A stretch of DNA of 64,000 nt from Laetmonice hystrix (Eukaryota), in assembly GCA_965235115.1 (NCBI GenBank), contig OZ249448.1, positions 18,786,001 through 18,850,000 of the forward strand, written 5' to 3'. Made by a program: the position numbers and the translations under genes. Below, one piece after another: positions 11,824 to 24,600 of this stretch. A model generated the notes under the pieces. That model made no database searches and was not told the origin of the DNA. It saw nothing but the letters and a program-made list of their open reading frames with translations. Position 1 is the first letter of the stretch; every line of letters starts with the position of its first letter.

Positions 11824-13046
11824 CTACTTCTCGGTCATCTTTGCCAGCGATTCGGCCGCAAGCTGTTCTTGTTGTCGCTCTAGTCCGTTCACCATTCGCT
11901 CAATGTTTTTCAGTTCCGAAGTGACGGAGTTTTGTGAGGATGCTGTGGCTGCAGAGTGGGAATGGGAATGAGAATGAGCCGGTGCAGGCGACCCACGCGC
12001 CGGCGACGACGGCGACGCGTGAGAATGATGATGATGATGGTGGTGCGTCGCGCGACTTGTGATCGGCGACGAGCCGCGCGCGTCCGACGCGTGAGGTGAC
12101 GACAGTCCGGTGGAGGTGAGTGGGGCTGACGTCACCATGGTTGTTTTAGTCACGGGTAGTGTGTATGGGGTAAAGCGATGGGCCCCGGCACTGGGCCGTG
12201 GACCGAACAGCGGCCCGAACTGACCACCGTGAAAATGCCCAGTCATAGAGTCTAAATGGGCCGCCTGACTGCTGAAGGCGGCGGCATAACTTTGCGGCCA
12301 CATAGGATGGCTTGAGCCCAAAGCTAACTGTCCATTAAGAAGCATGTTGTGGTTGAGGCCGTGTTGACTAGCGGCGGCACCGTGCAGCGGCCCGAGGTCG
12401 CCGACGGAAGACGAGAATGATAGCGGGATACCTGCCCCGGGCCCGGCCAGGCCGCCAAACAACATATGGCTCATGTGGAGGGGAAGGTTGGTGCCTGAAT
12501 ACATGGCTCCTGGGTGGTAGAGGTAGGAGAACATTGGGTGGTTCACCGACGGCTGAATGACCGTCACGTTCGGCGGACTAGACTTGCTCACTTTATCTTC
12601 CTCGTCCTCCTTCGTCGCCGGCGTCGGCGATGTGCTCCGACAGGGCGGCGATCGCGACCGCGATCTGGACCGCGACCGCGATCGTGACCGCGACCGTCGC
12701 CGCGATCGTATGACTGGCGAGTGTGGACGGTGTGAGACCGGTGGAGAGACGGGTGTTCTCCGGCCATTCTTCCAGTCGCCGGCGCTGCTGACAGGACTGC
12801 GGGGATCGTCCTCCACATCCTGCCGTGTGACGGGAGACAACCGGTCGTTACACGTCAGTGACGTGTCGTCACGATGACGTAGGTCGCCGTTCTCGGTGAT
12901 GATTGGTTTAGGTGTAGACGTACGCTCAGGTTCCGCCGAGGACGGGCCGTCTGTCGGTTCTGTCACGTGTTCTTTGTTATTGTTAGAATCCTCCGGTAAG
13001 GGAAGCGGACTGCGGCTCCGACAGTAACTGTTGGCGAGGTCAGGAT
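11824..13046 (-). CDS. Tbx2/3: Tbx2/3 coding exon 6 (terminal; DPDLANS...RS tract...RFTPY...His7...SELKNIERMVNGLERQQEQLAAESLAKMTEK*)
   Basis: Lies in the 411-aa ORF. Acceptor gttatag|AT (phase 1) joins the G from exon 5 to give Asp. TAG at 11826-11824. The C-terminal motif resembles the vertebrate Tbx2/3 SELQSIQRLVSGL element. Confidence 0.92.
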
Positions 13047-13194
13047 CTATAACATACAAATGGTGGCCACAATATTAAACAAAGCTCAACATCCACTTCA
13101 CCAACACTATAGAAAAACAAGGAATTCCACATAAAAATGGAACACCGCTAAGAACGTCACATACTGTATACATTAATTTTGTTTTACATTTCGT

Positions 13195-13440
13195 TGTATG
13201 AGGGGCGACCTGTGGGCTGTATGAGGGGCGATCTGTGAGCTGTATGAGGGGCGACCTGTGGGCTGTATGAGGGGCGATCTGTGGGCTGTATGAGGGGCGA
13301 TCTGTCGGCTGTATGAGGGGCGATCTGTCGGCTGTATGAGGGGCGATCTGTCGGCTGTATGAGGGGCGATCTGTGAGCTGTATGAGGGGCGATCTGTCGG
13401 CTGTATGAGGGACGATCTGTCGGCTGTATGAGGGGCGATC
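13195..13440. repeat. 23-bp minisatellite in intron 5, about 11 copies
   Basis: Unit CTGTATGAGGGGCGATCTGTCGG; period 23. Confidence 0.95.
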
Positions 13441-14954
13441 AAAAGTCATTTTGTGCCCGTCTATGAAACCATGTCCGCACAGTACAAATATATGACCACA
13501 ATCACGAGGTCGTTACAATGTCAGGCGGCCTGACAGCTAGCACGCCCTGAGCACTCTTGCATCACTCTCCTCGCCCTTGTGGCGTCAGCCTAGTGGCGCC
13601 TTTATTGACACAGCTCCCAGGTGACGCTTATAAGCGGACACTTGACTACGATATTCTCCATACATGCCAGTGCGGTTCCAGTAAACAAGACTTGATGACT
13701 GTCACCAAGTTAAGGCCGTGAGTGTATCAACCTTCCTGGGATCAGGGATCAGGGATCAGGGATCGAGTTTATACATGTACATTTTGATTTAGAGCATAAA
13801 ATTATGTAGGCAAAAACAGAAAAAAATCCCCCGCCATAATCAAGCCGTAAGTGCACCAAATCAATAATTGGTTATACTTGTATGACCTTTTCCCCCGTAA
13901 TCTAATTCCACGCCTCGTCAGGCCAAATCAGCGATGTCCTGGCCCCGTTCAGTCACCTTAACATCTCAGCCTCATTCATACTAGAGGTTGGACCCAGGGT
14001 TACGCCGCCGACTGCTGCTCAGTCTGAACTGACCAAAAGGCAAATCATGCCGTTGGCGAAACGGTCAGGGTCTTATCCCTTGGTAGGAGCCAACGGAAAT
14101 CTGTCTGTAATAGAGATTTCGGATTACTGGCATTAAGTGAAGGCCACAGGGGATGTACCTCGTGACCTGGCTCTGATGATCGAGGCCGCCCAATTGGTGG
14201 CCCCGCCTCTGGGGTAAGGGCGGCAGATAAACCCTTCACTCATCTACTTCTTACAACGGTCCCACAAATACCACTGTGTAATGGTAGAGTGTCGAGTCGG
14301 TGCCGCCGTCACCTCCATGTGTTTCGTCCACAGGCATGGCGCACACATTACGTGCTGTTTGCTGTGCCATGGAGCTGTCGTATGGTGAATGAAAGCGATT
14401 GGTGGAGGTGTGGTCCGTGCCATCCCCTCACGGGAGAACCGCACGTACTGACCCGTCCACCTGCCATCACTACAGCTTATGGTGGCGGTCCCAAAACAGC
14501 CTCTCTTTCAAAAGGGGGCAAAAGCAGACGACAATTTACAGCGCGGTCTGTAACCGGAAGCCGCACGTGCTGGCGTCTGTCAATTGAGATCTCCATTTTA
14601 GATAGTTGCGATGGCAACAGTAGAGTTGGTGGTGGTGGGTGGGTGGGTGGTCGAGTTTCATGAAATTCTGCTAATGAGTTTCGAACTTAACACAGGAAAA
14701 GTGTTTCGTTTTCTGCGCATGCGCATTTTGATTCCAATTATAAAAGCAATGACCTGACCCCGCTTGGAGTGCTCGAGGCACATTGGTACTGTATATTCAT
14801 GCTATAACTCCATACAATCATGGCCATCTGAAGACCTCGCCGTCACGCAGCGTAACACTATACACATTGTAGGCCTAACAAACGTCCATTCGTTAATTAT
14901 AGTTTGATTGGTGACCGTTACCATTGGAACATCGTGGAAAGGCCGAACACGTAC

Positions 14955-15196
14955 CTGAGCTATAGCCGTCCGCAATTGGAACCGGACATGACGTCACAGG
15001 AGACGGTGACCGACTGTCTGATTTTTCGTCTACTACGCATATTTCCATATTCTCGTCCTCGTCGCCGCTGAGTGCGTCCTCGCGCGCAGAATCGTCCAGT
15101 GACGTATGTCTGACGTCATGTGGCTTGTGCTCGGACGATGATTGGCCGCTGCTGTGGTGATTGAGGGAGTTTTGTTGCCCGGGTGCCATTATCCGC
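14955..15196 (-). CDS. Tbx2/3: Tbx2/3 coding exon 5 (RIMAPGQQNSLNHH...PIADGYSS-G), Ser/acidic linker
   Basis: Acceptor cttacag|G completes AA+G = Lys from exon 4. Donor TCA G|gtacgt is phase 1 and matches exon 6. Lies inside ORF 14893-15237. Confidence 0.85.
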
Positions 15197-16422
15197 CTGT
15201 AAGACGTAAAAGGTCTACTACTTGTAAGTAAATGCAATCAAACTTTCGAAAGGTGAGCAACAGAGCAGAGAGAGAGAGAAAAAAAGATTTTATCTGAAAT
15301 CGTAGGTCTTGGAGATAGAAGATTGGTGACTGTAGTGTTCTGACATTAAAAACATTATATCTAGCGATATTGTTTACACTAATAGATTATAACATTTCTA
15401 GCGTATAACCACCTGCTCAACATACTCTCGAACCATCACAAAGGGGCTCGAAGTTGAATTGAACTCTGACGATATGCATGCTTCAGAATAATAACCACAA
15501 TGTCCTGATAACAATTATTTTTCTAAAGCTCCACTTTTCTCTGTCGTCGGTTGAGGGCAGTTGTTTGTGTATGGAGCCAGAGCTAATCTACACGGTACTT
15601 GAGTGGGACGGAGTCACATTCCACTGTATATCGGTCGCTCTCTCCTCCACCCCTACACTACACTGCACTGTATATTAAACGTGACCTTGCGCCTTTGGAC
15701 ATATATACAATTATTTTTCTATGAATCTCACTCAGTTATTTCAATTATTACTCGGTGAAAAGTGATCGCTGATATCGAAATAACGAGGCAACGTGAGGAC
15801 TATTTGATATCGTCACACAAAGGCGTCAGTGGCAGTGCTCTTTATACGTCGAACTTGTTTTATTTAATCAGAGAAAGCCACAGATCTGTGAGCCACTCCC
15901 TCGTCACGTGCTTGCCTGCCCCGCCCGGTTGACAATGGCGACCAAATCAGCTCGCAACTAACTGTTTCTAATATGGCGCCTCTGGAAAATTACGCGCACT
16001 TCAGGGTCGGACTGGTTTATGGGGGAACGGTATTAGCGCCAACTGAGGGACGCTAAGGCGGATAATCGTGTCGATGTCCGCTTGGCCGGGTCCCTTCTGA
16101 GGCGTCTCGCATCGAGCCCGACTGCGATCTGATTAGTCGGTTCCTGCACAGGCAGCGGTGGAGATTAAGCCTATACAGTTCTAGCAGGGCCTGATTAGGT
16201 GGGGTAGGGTAACAGGGCATTGTTAGGCAGGGTAGGGGCGGGGTGCATGGCTAGTGTTAACAAGGTGGGAGTGGGGTGGGAAGGAATACCCGACCTCACA
16301 TCATCCTCTATCTTCTGGTAGTATAGGGATATCTGTATACATTCCTATACCAGGGCTTGGTGTTATCTATGGGAAAAGTGATTCAACAAGCGAAATCAAA
16401 CACACTGCATTCGGCTACTCAC

Positions 16423-16499
16423 TTTTTCTCTCGTTTCCCGCTACCCGTGTCCCGGAATCCTTTAGCGAACGGGTTGTGGTCGATTTTCAACTGCGTAAT
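16423..16499 (-). CDS. Tbx2/3: Tbx2/3 coding exon 4 ([26 protein letters not shown]), end of the T-box
   Basis: Translated by hand. Acceptor tctcttcag|ATT and donor AA|gtgagt; 77 nt. Canonical NPFAKGFRD motif. Confidence 0.97.
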
Positions 16500-18175
16500 C
16501 TGAAGAGAGATTTAAAAATCAGCATGAAAAAAATGGCTCTGATATATTGAATACTCATACAGGTGTCCAGACACAAATCAATGTATCTAACCACACTCAA
16601 ATTATTTATTGTATACAATGCATGATGTATATCGGGTAGAAGTATAGAGGTTATACATATACATGAAGATATATATACAAAGCACTGTTTACACAGGCCT
16701 GTACCTATATTCCAATAGAGATGGAGGCTGTCCGTATTTAGCCAACAAGTAAACAGTGCCTTGCATGCCTTCACGGCTGTCTGTCAAATTCTCGCCCATG
16801 TCTGAGGGAGCCTCAATAACCTGGAGCTTGGAGGCGCCCCGAGACAGACGACTACCAACCCATTGCCTGTTACTGTGGGTTATACGGATAGCTACCGGCG
16901 GGGCTCCTGCTGCTGGCCGCCGCCGGTGGTGCCGGTGGTGGTGAGGTTAGGGTCGCGCGGCCAGTACCCGCCTAATCTCATCAACGTCCTGATGATGTCT
17001 ATTCACTTATAGCCTCGAGATGCGCGCCCTGACCACCGCTGGACGTTACCCTGGTCAAGTCTATAGGCTGCCAGCCTCATCCTCACCCCCACCCCCACCC
17101 CCACCCTCACCTCCACCCCCACCTTCACCTCCAACCCATCATTCCAATATCAGTATCATTGCTCTAGGTGATCCATTTGGTTTTCAGTTAATACTGCCAT
17201 ACACAAAACACGAGCTTGGGGACACCTTTCAACATTGAGGACATACAACACACACTGCCCGTGGCCCTGAAATCTAAGCCACGTTCAACATCATCGGTTA
17301 CCCCCCACCGCTGCAGTAGCCGAGCAACCCAAGTTCAGTCTCCGATATACCGATAGCATATGTATGTTACATAGAGTTGCCGATATATAATAGCCTTCGG
17401 ACATCATGATATATAAGTATATATCAGATGACCGCTAGGACAAATGTCGATGGCAAGCTGACCTCACAGAATCCTTATAGTTCACAGTGTCAATGTCCCA
17501 ACTTCTGTGACTTTAGAGATAAACTTCGGTATTGATACTACTTTACGAGAGCCCTCGGTAAGTAAGGGTAATCTAGGCGCAGTAGACACCGGTGTATCTG
17601 TAACTGTAAGTCTATGACACCTGAAGACAAAAAAATCATCCAGCTGCTGTATCAAATCTGTGCAGGTGGGCGATAAAGGAGACTGTGTGGTCACTGTACA
17701 CCGTTCATGGCGGCCGCCGACTCGCACGAGTTTATCCAAATTTCTCCAGGCACTTGTCGATGAGGCGCCGGCGTATATCGGAAATTCAAAGCAGCCGCCT
17801 GACCCCGGGAGGCCCGTCGGTAAGCCACTCCGATGTGACAGGCACTGAGAAGACAGACTTCGATCGAGAGCCATGACATGAGGCCAGGCTGGGGTCGTCC
17901 CCCATACGTTTGTAGACGGCGCGGGTCCGGTCAGTCAATATATGGTGAGCACGGACCACACTAACACGTCCGACCACTTCAAGATGCTAGTTTCGGTATG
18001 CAGAATCAACTGTAGTCAAATTTCAAAACCGGACAAGGAACATGCGGGAATCTGCATAAAACCGATATTGGGAGTCAGAACGCGAGCGAAGCGATACGCG
18101 TCGTCTGCCCAGATCATTCCACTGACGCAGACGACAGCTTGTGTGTCTATAGAAAACGCTATAACATGTGACAGC

Positions 18176-18573
18176 CAGGGGCGCCGGAAGCAAATTATTA
18201 TTGGGGGGGCAAGAGAGCTGAAGCGAAAGTCATAGGCTACAACATGCTTAGTAAAGCAGGATCGGAGGCCCTCCCCAAGAAAATTTTGAAAACTACACAC
18301 CTTAAACCGCTTTTCTACGCCATTTTGAGGCAGGATTTTTTATGTTTTGAAGGCGTAAATGAATAAATTACAATGTATCAATGTATCATCAGGACAATCG
18401 ACCCAGTCTTTGACGCACCCAAGTCATAGTTTCAACAGGCCTACTGTATGTGGAAAAACCTGCCTTTTTTCATTCATGATCACAGATTATTGGGGGGGGG
18501 GGGCGATGCCCCCCCAACCAGATTATTGAGGGGGCGGTCGCCCCCCCTGCCCCCCCCGCTTCTGGCGCCTATG
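18176..18573. mobile_element. Non-autonomous hAT-like MITE (398 bp) in intron 3
   Basis: 16-bp TIRs CAGGGGCGCCGGAAGC / GCTTCTGGCGCCTATG (13/16 match). Perfect 8-bp TSD GTGACAGC at 18168-18175 and 18574-18581. No coding capacity. An 8-bp TSD with CA..TG ends is typical of hAT elements. Confidence 0.8.
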
Positions 18574-19148
18574 GTGACAGCGCGCAAGACAAAACACCAA
18601 ACAGGCTCCACGCGAGGAAATGAACACTGAAACCGTTTCTTCACCGGCTGAAATTAACCATTTAAAATGATATACCTCGAAATTTATAGCCTCATTTCTT
18701 CAGCCAACAAATGAGGCAGCAGACGCTCATATAATGAGAACAAGGTTCAGCTGCAGAAAATGACGTAACGTTATGTCACCGGGCCCGTCCTAGTGTCTGT
18801 TCATTACACGGAAAACGGTCATAAACTGACTTAGGTTGATTAACCCAATTGTGCACGACACTGAATACTTCATTCCCCCGGAGGCCGCCATGCCGTCAAT
18901 ACGTGCTGAATGAACGCCTGATGATACCGTTCGTGAACGCCCCTTACGTCATTATTAAACGTCATGAGCGACACTGATTACCGCAAAATGTATACGTTTC
19001 TTATTTTCTGCGGTGACATTTTTCAACAGTTAGACTGACAAATTACATGCAACTCTTGATATGTATCGTTCAACAGTAAAGGATCTGTTAAAATGATGGT
19101 TTTTGAAACTAAGATAATAATTTGTCCAATTTATGATGTGGAACTTAC

Positions 19149-19295
19149 CTTTTCGTTTTGATAAGCTGTGACGGCGATGAATGAGGTTTCTTTGAAGACG
19201 TACGTCCGGAACGCGCTGTATGGTAATTTGAGGATGTCATTGGCTCGAACCAGGTGAAAACGAGGCTGGTACTTGTGCATCGAGTTTAGAATTGT
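19149..19295 (-). CDS. Tbx2/3: Tbx2/3 coding exon 3 ([49 protein letters not shown])
   Basis: Translated by hand; absent from the ORF track. Acceptor cattgcag|ACA and donor AAG|gtaagt; 147 nt, phase 0/0. Confidence 0.97.
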
Positions 19296-20577
19296 CTGCA
19301 ATGACACAAGAAAAGCAATGGTCAGTCCTTGTGGTGAAATAACTTCTATTTTTTGTTGGTGTATCCAATGAAAAGATTACATCGATAAAAGATTCTGTTT
19401 GCTTATTATGATCATGGTTGCAATTCTTAAATTATAAACATCGATCAAAATGAGAAAGGCACATCTTATCTTTGGACCATATAAAAGTGAGTTTTCATGG
19501 GGAAATATTTGTCACATATGCTGCTGTAAGGTGCAAATAGATTATGGGAAAGGTAAGTAGGACAGAGTGCTTAAAGCATTCGCATCAATGAATATTTTCA
19601 TTTGAAGTGAATGGGTCGGCCATGTGGTCATACCGCCTCCCCCTTTTTCGAATAAGTCACGTGACTGCCTCGGATATGGCACAAAGGACCGGGGCACATG
19701 TGAGTGCTCAGATAAGATCTCTGTCGCCAACTGGCCAGTTCGGGACACTGCCTGGCTATATTCGACACCTCCATCTCCCCTCGGCGCTCTCGGGGTAAAT
19801 TGACTGATATAGACTAGCAGAACCCTCCTGGCTTGGTCTGCACACCAAGTAACACAGCAGCGAATATCTGAGATTTGCCAACACGCATAATAATAAAGGC
19901 ATATATTCCATTAGGGCCTATATGTGTGATGCCCCGGAAAACCTGACCCCATGAATCTAGAACAGTTCATTGTATGAGGATATGGATTTAGAATCTCGTA
20001 GCAGAAGGTAAATAAGTCAAGCAATACTTTTTGCGGCAAGCATAATTCTGACAGTCGTGGCTATTTCTGTTTAAAAAAAATCGTGTTTTTTTTCTAAACA
20101 GGGGCAGCCTGCTACAGTCTGACCGTCACTCATACTGTGTTAGACATATATAAAGTATATTTTTGAGTTTTCTACGAATTCCGAGCTAGCCAGCAGCTGG
20201 AGTGACCATCTCGCCGGACTGCCATCAGGACAGTTATTACATACTCAAACGATCAACACAACAAGCTGGTATATCGCGCACGTGTGGCGACAAACGCCAG
20301 TTCCTTGCGATATGTCACAAATTGTAGATGTAGTATATAGACGCTGTGTGGTGGGTGTGGGGTGGGAGGTGGGGGAACGTGCACGGTTAAGCGTCAGGCG
20401 CCAATCTGGATGGTATTACAGGTATCACCCTACCATGGGTGCTAAATGATAGCGCCACTGGTGGGAAGGGTGGGGACCTAAGCTGGTAATCTGTGATTAG
20501 CCGAGGCTAATCCGTCCAGGTGTGGTGGTCGGTGAGACTGGGGAAGGAGAGTGGCGCCGGGAGCCGAGGGTCGGAAC

Positions 20578-20757
20578 CGTGGGCCGTGGGCCGAGGGCCG
20601 GGAGCCGTGGGCCGGGAGCCGAGGGCCGGGACCGTGGGCCGAGAGCCGTGGGGCAGGGACCCGTGGGCCGAGGGCCGGGACCGTGGGGCGAGGGCCGGGA
20701 GCCGTGGGCCGAGGACCCGTGGGCCGACGACCCGTGGGCCGGAGGCCGGGGCCGGGC
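20578..20757. repeat. Degenerate GC-rich heptamer repeat (GGGCCGN/GAGCCGT) in intron 2
   Basis: About 25 variant 6-9-nt units; it generates several spurious overlapping ORFs. Confidence 0.85.
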
Positions 20758-21602
20758 GACCACCTTGTCGTAACCCGACGCGGGCTCCCGTCCCCGGCGA
20801 CTCGACTCAGCGCGCCGCCTGCAGGGACCTCAAAGGGCCTCTGATCCTCACCGAATATACACTGTATCCTGGTTAGCATTCAAGAATTGGTCATGACTTT
20901 ATATATACAACGTACGTGATTAAAGTAATGACATCGAGTAGGCCCAGGAACGTATAATATCTGCCCGTGAACACATTCCTCATGAAGTTTTGACACATTG
21001 AGGAGCTGGTAAATGATAGCGATCAAGATAAAACTGTTCTGTATGTATGTGACAGCCCTATCGCCATGATCCAGTGACTGCAGCCACTGTTTTAACAAAT
21101 CTCATAGTGATGCAGCACTGCATGTGTGGAGAAATTCGTGATTTGATAACCATATTATATTTTTTATAATATAATATGGTTTATCAACGTGATACTATTG
21201 ATGCTAATGGTCCTATACAGTATTCCCTGCCCCATCAAAATGAGGTATGTAAGTGACATAATTATACCATGCATGTGAGCATCACTTTCTGACTCAGAAA
21301 CCCCTCCAATAATATACATGTTGTATGTATGAATGAAATAGATTAACAACAGAACAATATTAATATATAGACCCCGAAAGAAGATAGAATTATACACAAA
21401 GATATGAGGTATAAAAGGTGTGATTTTAACTAGAAGTGTCGCCCCGAAACCAATCTAATCGAAATACGGAACTGGGTACAGTATACGATCGCGATAGGTC
21501 TCTTAGCTTTTCAAGACAGACTAAATGCTATAAATATACACTTACTGGAATTTTGGCCGGGTCCTGCATGAGGTTCGGGGATATGAAAATAGTAAAGGAT
21601 AT

Positions 21603-21693
21603 ATGTATGAATATTCAAACATCATTCAGTAAGGAATTTGCGGAGTAAGGAATTTATGAATATTCAAACATCATTCAGTAAGGAATTTGCGGA
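21603..21693. repeat. Local direct duplication of TATGAATATTCAAACATCATTCAGTAAGGAATTTGCGGA
   Basis: Two copies seen with a short partial copy between them. Confidence 0.8.
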
Positions 21694-24600
21694 AACAAAA
21701 TGGTGCGACCCTGACTAAAGGAGAAAACGTCTAGCGATCTGGTTCATACACTTTCCTTCCCTTATCGTAGGATTTGTTACTTTGAAAAAAAAGTTTACCC
21801 TTGCTAGCTAATCTACTGCATCGACTTATAAATTCATTCATCTGTTTTCATTAGGATCTTAATTAGTGTGTCAAGATAATTTAATTTCTACCTTGATTGT
21901 ATGTTTTAACCTTGTTTGGCTCAGGTAAGTGAGAAGTTGTGTCATGAATATTCATTTTTCACACCAATGATTGGCGCAGGTAAATGTAATGATGCCCGAC
22001 AGAATCCTCTCCATGGTTTTAACCTGTTAATTTCATCTCGAGTCGATCGAAAGCGGCGTGAAATTTCCTGCATTATTGACAAGGCCAAGTAAGGACTCGG
22101 AGTTGGTATATATGTAGACAGAATTATTTATGGGTGGGGTGTTTCCGTCAGGCTATGTGAATAACTTATCATTGCGACTGTTTGCGAGTGAGAAGTCTGA
22201 TTAATCGCGAAAAACAAACTATTCCGTTATTTGCTCAGTCCTTGATATATACCTTTGTAATAGGTCACGCTGCTCAATTTAGGACTTGTATACTCTAAAT
22301 ACTATCATGATCTACTTCTGGCCTTCAGACCGCCATTCCTGCATGGTTTGTGCACTGCATATAGCATGCGTTGACAACATGATACTATAAAATTACATGA
22401 AATACACATTGCAAATACATCCCACAATAAGCAAAGTATTTCATGGCCAAAACTCGGATACACCCTATATCTGTAAATTTTAATGCTTGTGACATTAATA
22501 TTATGTAACAAACAGCTTGGAAATACCAATCAGCATAATGTTTGATTGGTTCCGAGGCGCATATACAAGGAGGTATCACCTTCTATTCCTGTTACCATAA
22601 TATACCTGATGGCACATAATAAAATTATGGCTAAATATGCTATGATCATTCCTATTGTATACGCCTTTAAATATATTTTATACTTTAGTTATGTATAACT
22701 TTTAGCCATTTGTTATTTTGAACGAAATCCACCTTTTAGTTGCCAATAAAGATATTCATTTATTCATTCATATATCAGCCCGCATATAATGTTAGATGGT
22801 CACGCGGTCTTTATTCAACTATATCTAGCACTAAACTATTGTGTTCAAAGACCAAAGACCAAATTATGACGCATTGATGTTCAATAAAACCAATAGGGAA
22901 ATGGTTAGAGAAAGGGCCAGACAGATGTTTGTACGGAAAGATGACCTTGACAACTGGCGAATGTCCCATGGTGTTGTCCAGGTGACAATTTGATCCAGTT
23001 TCTGGACAGGAATGACCTCACAGGTCTCTGGCGCGACTTTCTGCCAATAAAACGGCGGACTGGGATGATTTCTGAAGTCACTTGTTCATGCGCTGTCAAA
23101 GGTGTTGATCATGCTCGCTACGTTTGACAGTCAGTCAATGTAAGAGGACATTATAAGGCATGTTCGAAGTGGATTCCAACACCCATGCACTAACCAACAG
23201 CAGCAGGGTGAGTGAGAATGACACTCAGAATACAGAGACTAGAACCGGAGTATAGTATCCGCAGTCGATGTGAGGCCGTGAGGAGAGAATGCGCTGGCCA
23301 CACAGGGCACTCTGCGCATGGCTGCATGGGGGCACCCTCACATCCGGGCGGCCTGTACAACTACAACCATCTAGGCAATCTTTATGCATTTGTGATTTTT
23401 TTTTCTTCTGTTTTTTCTCAGTGTTGCTGTGCTATAAAAGTTCATTCATCATAAAACATCTGGGCTGGGTTTCTTTTTTTTTTATTGAAAATGGTTTCTA
23501 TAGAACATCAACTACGTTTTCAATATACGACTGATCGAAGCGCCCCCTTCCGACACGTCCCCGATTGTCGTCTGCCGTCTAGTGACGCAGCAACAATGCA
23601 TATTGACAGATCGGATTGGAAGGATTATCTGGCTGGGGCCCGGTGCCAGGGTCAAGGAAGGCAAGGGCCCAGATGGATTCAAACAGCCCAAATCGATACG
23701 ATATATGAGGACTTCAGAACAAAGTGGCATTGACCTTGACATGACCTTTATACTGTAAATGATCATTTTTGGTTGTACTTCACTTTACATGTGCTTCAAC
23801 ATTTGTCATCATGACTTCAATAGGCCCCCGAATGTGGACAAGTGTGGGAGAGAAACGTGCCTTGTATGCTTGTTACCGTCATGGCCTACCTGACATAGGT
23901 ACATGCAGGCCCATTCGATACGTTTTGTTTGTTTGGTTTTCGATTAAAAAAAAAATAACGATTTTAAAGTGTATATGTGTGACCTAATAAAAATATTATA
24001 TGTAAGTGCTTGATATTATATCTATATGGTGACCACTTAACCTAACCCGGCGGGGTCAACCAGTTAGCGATAGGTCGATACTGAGTCGTGATGCTCGACG
24101 TGTGATAACCGGCACTCAGAGGTGACAAAATGTCACCAAGCGTAGAAACATTTCACCAATGACCATACGTCAAGTGGTCTCCGTCAATACTGCCTGGCGC
24201 CAACGCTTGGCGTGGCGGTGGGCGGTGGGTGGGGGTGATGGGGTGGGGTGGGGTCCACTCAATCACTACACACTCCGGCGCCGGAAACGACCACGTGTAT
24301 ATAGCCTGTCTATATTATATACGGGAAGAGAAAATAATCGACATTTCCAGCATATTTACGCCTGATTCTGTCCATGTCTGTAGGACAGATAGCGCCCTCT
24401 ATCGGACGTACTACGTGATACACGTTTCTTGTTGTTATCTCAGCCAGGTGATTATCCCCTCCCCTTCCCGAGGGTCCCTAATCGGTCCTACTCCATTGAT
24501 CCATCCGTCTGAGAGGAGGGGGGGGGGTACAATGAAAGCATGGGTGTCTTTTTTTTCTAGGTATGAGAACAGTGTTTGATTTCTGTCCGGAAAGGTGTAC

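Noticed and set aside
12557-12877. Antisense ORF with RD repeats
   Set aside because: It is the shadow of the RS-encoding exon 6 on the opposite strand.
19296-19350. TBX3+2a-like in-frame extension from an alternative acceptor before exon 3
   Set aside because: The nearest upstream AGs would add 32, 47 or 50 nt, and none preserves the frame.
20520-20879. Cluster of Gly/Pro/Arg-rich ORFs on both strands
   Set aside because: They arise from the GC-rich heptamer repeat, which lacks stops in most frames.
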